NCBI GenBank assembly: GCA_002085355.1
Contig: NATN01000037.1
Location: 1 to 46,353, forward strand
DNA from: Candidatus Zhuqueibacterota bacterium 4484_87
GTDB taxonomy: Bacteria; Zhuqueibacterota; Zhuqueibacteria; Thermofontimicrobiales; Thermofontimicrobiaceae
Direction of reading: 5' to 3'
Length of the DNA: 46,353 nt
A program made the translations under genes and the position numbers. Each line of letters starts with the position of its first letter. Position 1 is the first letter of the stretch. Below the pieces are notes generated by a model. The model saw nothing but the letters and a program-made list of their open reading frames with translations, did no database searches and was not told the DNA's origin. Shown here piece after piece: positions 9,750-18,987 of this stretch.

Positions 9750-9792
9750 TTTGCAAAATCACTCATTAACTCATAGAACCTGGAGGACAAAA

Positions 9793-10638
9793 ATGAGAAG
9801 TATCATAAAAATTGCATCCGTTTTCGCTCTGATTCTTACCTTGACTCTGTCGGTCGCTGCTTTTGCGCAATCCTGCCGCGAATGGACGATGGATGAGTAC
9901 AACGCCAAAATGGCAGATTTGCAAAAGCGCGAAGCAGATGCGAAAGCGGAAATGGCTACACTGGACAAAGAAATTGCCACTCTCAAAGATGAAATTGCCA
10001 CTGCAGAAAAAGCTACGGCGGATGAATGGCAGGCTATTTACACATTACTGGGCACAGACGAAGCCGGCGTAAATCAATTCGGTTCTGATCTGGGTGCTTT
10101 GGAAGCCAAAGTCGATGAGCTTTCCGGCTTGACTCCGGAAGAACTTTTCCAGAGAAGAAAAGAAATTGATCAGTTAGAAGAGCAATTGAATGGCTATAAA
10201 GGCAACAATATCGCTCTTTTGAGCAGCATGCAGGATAAAATTGCCGTGATCGAAGGCAAGATTTCTCAGCTTCGTGCCAGCTTGCCCAAAGCGGTTTACG
10301 ATGAATACACTGTTGTCAAAGGCGATTATCTGTGGAAGATTGCCGGTAAAGAAGACATTTACAGTGATCCTTATCAGTGGATTCGTATTTATACCTACAA
10401 TCGTGATCAAATTAAAGATCCTGATATGATTTATCCGGAACAGATTTTCAAGATTCAGCGCGGCGTGGGCGCCAACGAATATCTGGTTGTCAAAGGCGAT
10501 TTTCTGTACAAGATCGCTGGCAAAGCCGAGATTTTCAACGATCCCACCAAATGGACGAAAATCTACGAAGCAAATAGTACTGTGATTAAAGATAAAAATG
10601 AAATTTATCCGCATCAAGTGCTGATTATTCCTGAATAG
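9793..10638 (+). CDS. Exported coiled-coil protein with two LysM peptidoglycan-binding domains
   Basis: GGAGG RBS before ATG 9793; signal peptide AAFA-Q; long coiled coil; two LysM repeats YTVVKGDYLWKIA...IYPEQIFKI and YLVVKGDFLYKIA...IYPHQVLIIP. Confidence 0.9.
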   Translation: MRSIIKIASVFALILTLTLSVAAFAQSCREWTMDEYNAKMADLQKREADAKAEMATLDKEIATLKDEIATAEKATADEWQAIYTLLGTDEAGVNQFGSDLGALEAKVDELSGLTPEELFQRRKEIDQLEEQLNGYKGNNIALLSSMQDKIAVIEGKISQLRASLPKAVYDEYTVVKGDYLWKIAGKEDIYSDPYQWIRIYTYNRDQIKDPDMIYPEQIFKIQRGVGANEYLVVKGDFLYKIAGKAEIFNDPTKWTKIYEANSTVIKDKNEIYPHQVLIIPE

Positions 10639-10694
10639 TAGTATATTTGCGCAGGGTAAATACCTGTCACTTTAAGCTACATGATTGCGAACAG

Positions 10695-10736
10695 AGCTCC
10701 TGGTTAATAATTTTTTAATTTGCCAGGAGCTTTTTT
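10695..10736 (+). terminator. Rho-independent terminator
   Basis: AGCTCCTGG...CCAGGAGCTTTTTT. Confidence 0.7.
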
Positions 10737-10909
10737 ATTTGGAATATAGTGAGAACTTTATTATATTTGAGGTGTTTGTCAAAAAAATGTGAGCGAATGA
10801 CCAGTTTAAAGCTGAAGCCCATAGAATTTTTGTGATTCAGTTATCAGCTTTCATTCGTCAGGTGCCTTTTATATTTCGTGGTGAATTGAAAAAAGCCGTT
10901 AGGAGCTAA

Positions 10910-11956
10910 TTGCAAGGAGTTAAAATTTTTTCAATGGGAGAAGGTCAAGTTAAAAAGAAAATTTCTCTGAGCGGAATCGATCAATTGAAATTGTACGGAT
11001 TGAACGATAAAAATTTGAAAGAAATCGAACGCCATTTTGATCAGGCACAAGTCATTGCCCGTGGCGGTGATTTGACGTTGATTGGTGAGAAAACTGAAGT
11101 TGAATTATTGGAAAAAATTGTTGGTGAATTAATTACAATTTTGGAACGTACAGATAATGTGACTGATGATGACGTGCAAACAGTCATTCAAGTTTTGAAG
11201 TCGGGAAGAAATAAAAAATCCGGCAATGGTAATCTGGACGAAGCTATTGTTTTCACAAAGGACGGTAGTATCAAGCCGCGGACATCTGGCCAGAAAATTT
11301 ATTATGAATCTACCACAAAAAATGATATTGTCTTTGTGATTGGGCCGGCAGGAACCGGAAAAACCTATCTTGCAGTGGCTATTGCTCTGTCGCATTTGCG
11401 GGATAAAAAAGTTGAAAAAATAGTTCTGGCGCGCCCGGCAGTGGAAGCCGGCGAAAGCCTGGGATATCTGCCCGGTGATTTGCGGGAAAAAGTCGAACCC
11501 TATTTGAAGCCGCTTTACGACGCGCTTTTTGACATGGTGATTCCCGCAAAACTGAAAAAATTTACAGAAAACGGAACCATTGAGATTGTGCCGCTGGCGT
11601 ATATGCGCGGCCGCACATTGAATAATGCGTTTGTCATTTTAGATGAAGCTCAAAATACGAATCCCAATCAGATGAAGATGTTTTTGACGAGATTGGGAAT
11701 GAACTCCAAAGCAATTATCACTGGTGATATTACCCAAATTGATTTACCGAATAAGCAGGAGTCCGGGCTGGTGCAAATTCAGGGGATTTTGCAAGGAATT
11801 GAAGGGATCGATTTTATTTACCTAACCGAGCGTGATGTTGTTCGGCATCGGTTGGTGAGGGAGATTATCAAGGCTTATGCGGAACATGCAAATAATAATT
11901 CAGCGCAATCATCGGATGAAGATGACGAGCAACTCGATGGCAGCATAAATGAGTGA
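10910..11956 (+). CDS. phoH: PhoH family ATPase (YbeZ-like)
   Basis: GPAGTGKT Walker A, RPAVEAGESLGYLPGD, YMRGRTL, DEAQN, VVRHRLV. Start may be 10934. Confidence 0.96.
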   Translation: MQGVKIFSMGEGQVKKKISLSGIDQLKLYGLNDKNLKEIERHFDQAQVIARGGDLTLIGEKTEVELLEKIVGELITILERTDNVTDDDVQTVIQVLKSGRNKKSGNGNLDEAIVFTKDGSIKPRTSGQKIYYESTTKNDIVFVIGPAGTGKTYLAVAIALSHLRDKKVEKIVLARPAVEAGESLGYLPGDLREKVEPYLKPLYDALFDMVIPAKLKKFTENGTIEIVPLAYMRGRTLNNAFVILDEAQNTNPNQMKMFLTRLGMNSKAIITGDITQIDLPNKQESGLVQIQGILQGIEGIDFIYLTERDVVRHRLVREIIKAYAEHANNNSAQSSDEDDEQLDGSINE

Positions 11957-11983
11957 GCGAGTTAATTTGATCGGAGATTTATA

Positions 11984-14195
11984 GTGCAATTTTCATTGAA
12001 ATTTTTGACCAATCTATGGTATAAATTTTTTCCTAGTCGAACAAAGAACGGCAACAATGGACATGCGAAAAAAATAGATCGTCATGTATGGCTTATTTTA
12101 ATTGGCCTTGGATTAACTATTTTAATTTCGTTCATGTTGCCTCGAGGGCGTTCTTTTAAATATTCTGATCTCAAAGAGGGTGAAGTTTATGTCGGCGATG
12201 AAATTATTGCCCCGTTCACCTTTCCCATAAATAAGTCAGAAGATGAGTACAAACGCGACGTTCGTCGTGCCGTGAGTGAAGTACTTCCCGTTTTTGACCG
12301 TAATGACAGCATTCGTGCTGTGGAGTTACGGATCGCTATTATTGGCCGATTACAGAATCAATAGTTCTGAAGAAATTTTGTCCCTTCTGCGGCAGGAGAT
12401 GAAAGACGGGACATTGGTAAAATTGAAAGAAGGCGCCATCAAGATCGCGCGTGATATTACTTCTGTCGGTATCCTGGATCAGCCGAGAGAGAAGATTAAA
12501 GCAGTGGACGGGAAAATCTCCGTTGTCACAGATATTGAAGAGGTTATTTCATCTGTATCAGATTTTTACGATCCGTCACAAATCGGAGATGTGCTGTTAA
12601 ACAAGCTTCGGACAGAGTTTGGCGAAGAAGATCTGAAGGTGAAAGCCGGGTATGAAATTTTACGAGTATTTCTGAAGCCAACGATCATTTTTAATCCTGA
12701 TGAAACCAAAAAAATAATTGAGCAGGCAAGAAAAAATGTCCCGCTTGCAAAAGGCACTGTGTTAGCCAATGAAAGAATTATCGACCGCTATGAGCGCGTG
12801 ACAAAGGATCACATTGAAAAGTTGAATTCGCTTGCTATTGAGCTGGCAGAAAGAGAGACTAATAAAAGAGGTTTGCTGAGCATCTTTCATTTCTTCAGTC
12901 GCTTTTTGCTCATCATGCTTATTTTGAGTATCTTTGTGATGTACTTGTATTTCACTCAACGCGATGTGATGAATGATTTGAATAAAATGATTTTGATCGC
13001 GTTGATTTTTCTGATAGTGAGTTTTTTAAGTTTTTACGTGAATCAATTTAATTTGTCGCCCTATCTTATGCCCGTTGCTTTGGGGGCGATGCTGTTGGCG
13101 ATTTTTTTGGGTACGAAAATAGGAATAATCGGTACGATCACTCTGTCGCTGCTGGCGGGAAGCCTGCGCGGCAATGAGTTTAATATCGCCCTGATTTCCA
13201 TGTTTGTTGGGGTTGTCGCGGCGCTGTCTGTGAGCCGTATCCGAAAACGCAACTGGCTCATTAACTCCATGGCGATGGTGATCGGTGCGTATCTGCTTTC
13301 TATTACTATCGTAGAAGTATTGCACTATACACCCTGGAGGAAGATATTTCACTACTGGATGTTCGGCGCCATCAATGGCTTTTTGTCTCCCCTGTTTGCG
13401 TATGGATTACAGGTGCTGTTTGAGAATATTTTTGACCTGGTAACGGATATGAAGTTGCTGGAACTGTCCGATCTGAACAGTCCTTTGCTGAGAAAAATGT
13501 CCATTCAGGCGCCAGGAACTTACCATCATAGTCTCATGGTTGGAAATTTGGCAGAAGCAGCCGCTGAGTCAATTGGGGCAAATTCGTTGCTGGCTCGAGT
13601 CGGTTCTTACTATCACGACATTGGAAAAATTGAGAAGCCGGAATATTTCATTGAAAATCAAATGAAAAATCGGAACCCACATGAGAAACTTTCTCCATCG
13701 ATGAGTTGTTTAATTTTGTCTAACCATGTTCGTACCGGATTGGAGTTGGCGAAGGAACATAAATTGCCGCGGGAAATTCGCGATTTTATAGCTGAACATC
13801 ACGGCACAAGCAAAATGGAATATTTTTATCAAAAAGCCCTGGAAATGGGAAACGAAGAAGAAATCGCGGAAACAAATTTTCGATACCCCGGGCCTAAACC
13901 ACACACTAAAGAGACCGGCATTGTTATGCTGGCTGATGCAGTGGAAGCAACGTCGCGCACTTTAAAAGATCCGTCGGTGAGCAGAATTCGCGGGATGGTC
14001 ATTGCCATTGTACAAAAGCGCTTTCAGGAGTCGGAGTTGGACGAAAGTCCTTTGACCTTGCGCGATTTGACAAAAATTACCGAGAGTTTTGAAACTGTTC
14101 TTGTGAGTACTTTTCATAGCAGAGTTGAATACCCGGATCAGGAAGAAAAACTTATTCCGGGCAAAGAAAAAAAAGAGAAGACCGTTGATGGTTGA
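11984..14195 (+). pseudogene. 7TM-HD (HDIG) phosphohydrolase, PgpH/YqfF-like, split by a frameshift near 12330 (possible assembly artefact)
   Basis: ORF 11984..12364 gives the N-terminal TM and IIAPFTFPINK. ORF 12276..14195 gives the 7TM region plus APGTYHHS, YYHDIGK, EHHGTS, YPGPKP, MLADAVEA. Position between phoH and ybeY is the conserved one. Confidence 0.85.
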
Positions 14196-14610
14196 GATCG
14201 TTTTTGATATGACTGAAGCCTCTGCACGATTTTCTGAAAGCGGAGCCCGCTCGGCGGTGGAAAAGATATTATCCGATCATGGTTTTCACGAAGGGTGGAT
14301 TAATATTGTCATTTTCAATGATAAGTTGACGAGATCATTACATGCGGAATATTTCGGGAATTCAGAGACTACAGATGTCATGAGTTTTGAGTTTGATATT
14401 AATCAGAAAAATGGTTATATGGAAGGCGAAGTTTATGCCAATATTGAACAGGTGAGGCGTCAGGCAAAAGATTACGAGACTTCGCCGGAGAATGAATTAG
14501 TGCGTGTAATTTGCCATGGCGTATTGCATCTTGTGGGTTACGACGATGCCACGCCGGAACAGCGGGCTTATATGCGGGAAAAAGAAGATTTTTATTTAAA
14601 ATATTATTGA
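14188..14610 (+). CDS. ybeY: rRNA maturation endoribonuclease YbeY
   Basis: TDVMSF and HGVLHLVGYDD metal-binding motif; ATG 14188 overlaps the upstream gene. Confidence 0.93.
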   Translation: MVEIVFDMTEASARFSESGARSAVEKILSDHGFHEGWINIVIFNDKLTRSLHAEYFGNSETTDVMSFEFDINQKNGYMEGEVYANIEQVRRQAKDYETSPENELVRVICHGVLHLVGYDDATPEQRAYMREKEDFYLKYY

Positions 14611-14629
14611 TAAAGGAGGATGATACTTT

Positions 14630-15928
14630 TTGGAAGTTGACTCGACATTTCGGGTGATTTTATTTTTTGTGCTAATTGGCTTTTCAGCATTTTTTTCAGG
14701 CTCGGAGTCAGCGTATTTTTCGTTGTCGCGGGAGTTGATCGACCGCTTGCGAGAACGCGGCACATCGGGCGCTATGCGTGTCGTGCGTCTGTTGGATCGG
14801 CCGCGACAATTGCTGGTGACTATTCTTTTCGGCAATACAATTGTAAATGTTGCTGCGGCAAGCGTGGCGACGCTGCTGACCGCTGATTTGGGCCATGCTC
14901 TCCATTTGCCTCACAGTGTCGCTATTTTAATTGAAGTCATTGTTGTTACTTTAATTTTGCTCATTTTTAGCGAACTGACACCAAAAGTCATTGCAGTGAA
15001 AAATTCCTATCAATTTGCGGAGAAAGTGTCCATCCCGTTGACTTTTTTTTATTATCTATTTTTGCCCATTACAGTTGTGCTGGATAAATTCCCTGCACTG
15101 GTTTCCGGGTTAATGGCAACGCGCGTCAAGCGTCATTTTTTATCAAAAGATGAGCTGCGGACTCTCATCGAAGTCAGTGAAGAGCATGGTGCTTTGGAAG
15201 AAGAAGAAAAGGAGATGATTCATTCGATTTTTGAATTTTCCAAAACAACCGTTAGGGAAATTATGGTACCCAGAATTGACATGGTCTGCGTGGAACGATG
15301 GGCGCCGCTGGAGGAATTAATTCAAATAATCAAAGAAAAAGGCCACACTCGGATTCCGGTTTACGAGCAGAAGATTGATAATATTGTTGGCATCATTCAT
15401 GCCAAAGAATTGCTTCCGTTCATTAATCATGCTAAGAAAAAAGAGGCAGATCTGGGTAAGTTAGCGCGGCGGGCGCTTTTTGTGCCGGATACCAAGCGGA
15501 TAGACGAACTGCTCAACGAATTGCAGCGTGAAAAGCAGCACATGGCAATTGTCGTGGATGAGTATGGCGGCACTGCCGGACTGATTACGCTGGAGGATGT
15601 GATTGAGGAAATTGTCGGAGAAATTCAAGATGAATATGACCAGGAAAATCCTCTTTTTGTCAAGCTGAGCGAGAATAAGTATCTTGTAAACGCAAAGATT
15701 GATCTTGATGAATTGAACGAAGAGTTGGGCATGAAACTGCCGGTGGACAAAAATTACGAAAGTCTGGGCGGTTTGATTTACGAACAAATTGGCGCGGTGC
15801 CTCACAGAAAACAGATGGTAAAATACGGTTCTTATAAATTTATAGTGGAAAAAGTTCAGAAAAATCGCATCGTTGAAGTTATTGTCATAAAAGAAAATGA
15901 CAATGAAAAGGGTGAAGAGGAAAGCTGA
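14630..15928 (+). CDS. CNNM/DUF21-CBS-CorC hemolysin-family (GldE-like) protein
   Basis: SAFFSGSESA, FSELTPK, EIMVPRIDM, VVDEYGGTAGLITLEDVIEEIVGEIQDEYD. Confidence 0.93.
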   Translation: MEVDSTFRVILFFVLIGFSAFFSGSESAYFSLSRELIDRLRERGTSGAMRVVRLLDRPRQLLVTILFGNTIVNVAAASVATLLTADLGHALHLPHSVAILIEVIVVTLILLIFSELTPKVIAVKNSYQFAEKVSIPLTFFYYLFLPITVVLDKFPALVSGLMATRVKRHFLSKDELRTLIEVSEEHGALEEEEKEMIHSIFEFSKTTVREIMVPRIDMVCVERWAPLEELIQIIKEKGHTRIPVYEQKIDNIVGIIHAKELLPFINHAKKKEADLGKLARRALFVPDTKRIDELLNELQREKQHMAIVVDEYGGTAGLITLEDVIEEIVGEIQDEYDQENPLFVKLSENKYLVNAKIDLDELNEELGMKLPVDKNYESLGGLIYEQIGAVPHRKQMVKYGSYKFIVEKVQKNRIVEVIVIKENDNEKGEEES

Positions 15929-16058
15929 TCGATTTTTTGAGAATGCACGTTTTAAGAAAATGAATGAAATTTGGTCAGTGATAACCAGTTGTAAATATAA
16001 TTGTTAAATCAAAACAAGAACATCGAGAGATACATCGGACTAATTCAAGGAGGTAGTT

Positions 16059-17234
16059 ATGCAGCAGATGCAATTTGACTTCCGCGATATGTTTCGCGCG
16101 CCAAGATTAGCGCTAAGTCTTCAGAGAATCTGGATTCAGTTTGTCGGGCTGATAGTTGCTTTTGCCGGCTACTGGGTTCTCACTTATTTGAGTTTTGCTG
16201 TCGCTGGGATTGGAATTTCAACCGGCTGGCAAAAATATGGGTTACTCCCCTGCCTTATGGGTGAACAGGTAAATTGGATCAGCTACGTCATTTTTGCTGT
16301 TGCAGTGATTTGGTTGCTCGTGGTTTATCTTGTTACCGCTACAGCAGTCTCACGTGCCAGCTACATGCTGCTCAAAGGAAATAATTTCTACACCTGGCGT
16401 GAGGCGTTTTCTTTTTCCGTTAAAAAAGCCATTTCTTTGATTTTGTCGCCGGTATCGCTGGTGATTTTGGTCGCGTTTATTGCTTTTGGTGGAGCAGTTG
16501 TCGGCTGGCTGGGAAAAATTCCCTATATCGGGGAATTTGGAATCACGCTTTTTACACCGATTTGGATGATTTTTTCTTTGCTAATTGTTTTCATGGCAAT
16601 AGTCGTGGTGGTTGCGGCTGTGTTATCCCCGGCAATCCTCGCCACTACGGACGATGATGCCTTTGAAGCTGTTTTTCAATCGTTTTCTCTGGTATGGAGC
16701 CAGCCTTGGCGGTTGATTTTTTATCAGATTATCAACGCGGTTTTAGCGGTGTTTGCTTTTTTTGTGTTGGCGTATTTGATGAAAAAATCATTCATTGTGA
16801 TGGATAGAATTTTCGCCGCGACAACAGGCGCAGATTATCAAAATATTTCTGCACAAGCCATGTATTTGATAAGCGTCTGGGTGGCTTATTCCATTGTCTG
16901 GGTGGAGCAATTATTTGGCCATTTTGCCCCATGGATTTATTTCAGCCGTGAATTTGTCCCGCTAAATCTTCCTGTGCATCAAATCATTGCAGCGCATATT
17001 TTTGCTGTTTGGATGCTTTTGGTCGGCGGTTATGTTTTGTCTTATGGGTTGGCATCTCTGAATGTGGGTAATACTCTTGGCTATCTGATTTTGCGCAAGA
17101 AAAAAGATGACGAAAATCTCCTCGAACGCAAAGACCGCGAAGAGGAGGAAGATGACGAAGAAGAAAATGCTGCAGAAGGGAACAAAGAGGATCATTCTGT
17201 AGCAGAAAACGCTGAAAGCGGAAAAAATAGTTAA
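16059..17234 (+). CDS. Polytopic membrane protein of unknown function with acidic C-tail
   Basis: AAGGAGG RBS; roughly 7-8 hydrophobic segments; C-terminal EEEEDDEEE tract. Confidence 0.8.
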   Translation: MQQMQFDFRDMFRAPRLALSLQRIWIQFVGLIVAFAGYWVLTYLSFAVAGIGISTGWQKYGLLPCLMGEQVNWISYVIFAVAVIWLLVVYLVTATAVSRASYMLLKGNNFYTWREAFSFSVKKAISLILSPVSLVILVAFIAFGGAVVGWLGKIPYIGEFGITLFTPIWMIFSLLIVFMAIVVVVAAVLSPAILATTDDDAFEAVFQSFSLVWSQPWRLIFYQIINAVLAVFAFFVLAYLMKKSFIVMDRIFAATTGADYQNISAQAMYLISVWVAYSIVWVEQLFGHFAPWIYFSREFVPLNLPVHQIIAAHIFAVWMLLVGGYVLSYGLASLNVGNTLGYLILRKKKDDENLLERKDREEEEDDEEENAAEGNKEDHSVAENAESGKNS

Positions 17235-17284
17235 CAGTTTTTTGAGTCCAATGAATTTTAAAATAAGCGCTTAATTGTGAAATT

Positions 17285-17324
17285 CCTTCAAAGGCTGGCA
17301 TTAATTTCGTGCCGCCTTTGAAGG
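17285..17324. repeat. Strong intergenic inverted repeat (terminator or REP-like)
   Basis: CCTTCAAAGGCTGGCA-9nt-TGCCGCCTTTGAAGG; no clear T-tract. Confidence 0.6.
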
Positions 17325-17467
17325 TGAGTTGTAGCGCCGATGAAATACACCCCCTGTCCATTTTTATCATTCCAAATTAATTTATCAAAGAGAGATTATA
17401 ATTGTATATTGATTTTCCAATTTGAATTGGCGCAACCGAAGGGTACGGACTACGGAGGCATTAGCCG

Positions 17468-18952
17468 ATGAATGAATTCGTTTTGCAAATGAAAAATATT
17501 TCCAAGAAATTCCCCGGGGTTCAGGCGCTTGACAACGTGAATTTCGATTTGCATCGCGGCGAAGTACATGCCCTTGTTGGCGAGAACGGTGCTGGCAAAT
17601 CAACGCTGATCAAAATTCTTGCTGGGGCTGTTAAAAAAGATTCCGGCGAGATTTTTCTGAACGGCAAACCAAAGGAAATAGCGACTCCTGGCGATGCTCA
17701 GCGCTCAGGTATTGCTGTTATTTATCAGGAATTGATGTTGGTCCCTGCTCTTTCCGTTGCGGAAAATATTTTTTTTGGCAGAATGGCTCTGCGGTGGAGA
17801 TTTTTTATCAATAGAACATTACTTCGCCGGCAGGCGCAGATAATTTTACAGCGTGTGGGTTTGAAAGTGGATGTGCAGCAGAAATTGTCTTCGCTTCCTG
17901 TGGCGCAACAGCAAATGGTCGAGGTGGCAAAGGCCCTGTCCGTGAATGCCAACATCATCGTAATGGATGAGCCATCCGCGGTTTTGACTGCTCATGAATT
18001 AGCGAAATTGTTTGAGATTGTTCGTCAACTTAAGAAAAAAGGAGTTGCGTTCATTTACATTTCTCATCGTTTAGAAGAAATCTTTGAAATTGCAGATCGC
18101 GTTACAGTGCTTCGTGATGGCAAGATTCAGGGAACAAAGACAATTGAAGAAGTCGATCGCAACAGCCTTGTGCAAATGATGGTTGGCAGAAAAATTGAAT
18201 TCTGGAATCACGGGCAGTCAACTGCGGCAAAAAATGAACCTGTTCTGGAAGTTGAAAAATTACGAACGCCGACTCTTGCGGATGAGATTAGCTTAAAAAT
18301 TAATGCCGGGGAAATTTTAGGTGTAGCCGGACTTGTGGGTTCCGGAAGAACGGAAATGGCACGGGCAATTTTGGGTGCAGATAAGAGAATTAGCGGTTAT
18401 GTGAAATTGGCAGGAAGAAAACTGACCATTAAGTCCCCGGCAGACGCCATCAAAGCGGGGATCGGATTTGTTCCCGAAGATCGAAAAGATCAGGGATTGT
18501 TTTTCGATCTAAATATCATGTCAAATATGACAATTTCAAACTTGTCTGCTCAGTCGCGGAATGGAATGATCCGGAAAAATCTGGAGAAAAAAAATGCCAT
18601 TGCATTGGCAAAGCAACTACAAATAAAAATGGGTCACCTAAACGACAGCGTCAACAGCCTGAGCGGCGGCAATCAGCAAAAAGTGATTTTGTCCCGCTGG
18701 TTCGGAGGAAATGTGAAGGCGGTTATTTTTGACGAACCCACGCGAGGAGTGGATGTCGCTGCCAAAGCGCAAATTCATGAATTGATATATGAGTTAACGC
18801 AGCAGGGAATCGCTGTGATGATCATCTCTTCGGAACTACCGGAAATCCTCAAGCTGAGCGATCGAATCATTGTCATGCGCGAAGGAAAAATTGCCGGAGA
18901 AATGTCGGCAGAGGATGCCTCGGAAGAAAAAATTGTCTCTTTGGCGAGTTAG
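17468..18952 (+). CDS. Sugar ABC transporter ATP-binding protein (RbsA/MglA type, two NBDs)
   Basis: GENGAGKST, MDEPS, YISHRLEE, LSGGNQQKV, DEPTRGVDV. Confidence 0.95.
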   Translation: MNEFVLQMKNISKKFPGVQALDNVNFDLHRGEVHALVGENGAGKSTLIKILAGAVKKDSGEIFLNGKPKEIATPGDAQRSGIAVIYQELMLVPALSVAENIFFGRMALRWRFFINRTLLRRQAQIILQRVGLKVDVQQKLSSLPVAQQQMVEVAKALSVNANIIVMDEPSAVLTAHELAKLFEIVRQLKKKGVAFIYISHRLEEIFEIADRVTVLRDGKIQGTKTIEEVDRNSLVQMMVGRKIEFWNHGQSTAAKNEPVLEVEKLRTPTLADEISLKINAGEILGVAGLVGSGRTEMARAILGADKRISGYVKLAGRKLTIKSPADAIKAGIGFVPEDRKDQGLFFDLNIMSNMTISNLSAQSRNGMIRKNLEKKNAIALAKQLQIKMGHLNDSVNSLSGGNQQKVILSRWFGGNVKAVIFDEPTRGVDVAAKAQIHELIYELTQQGIAVMIISSELPEILKLSDRIIVMREGKIAGEMSAEDASEEKIVSLAS

Positions 18953-18987
18953 CGAATTGACAATTCGGAAACAGTAGAAATTTGTCT

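Noticed and set aside
10300..10620. Direct repeat GTTGTCAAAGGCGATT...AAGAT occurring twice
   Set aside because: Explained by the duplicated LysM domains; not a CRISPR, DGR or mobile repeat.
12300..12364. Programmed ribosomal frameshifting in the HD gene (also considered for hppA and EamA)
   Set aside because: No slippery heptamer at the junctions, and conserved residues appear to be missing rather than merely shifted.
14630..15928. GldE-like label as evidence of Bacteroidetes gliding motility
   Set aside because: CNNM/CorC proteins are ubiquitous metal-transport-associated proteins normally found beside ybeY.
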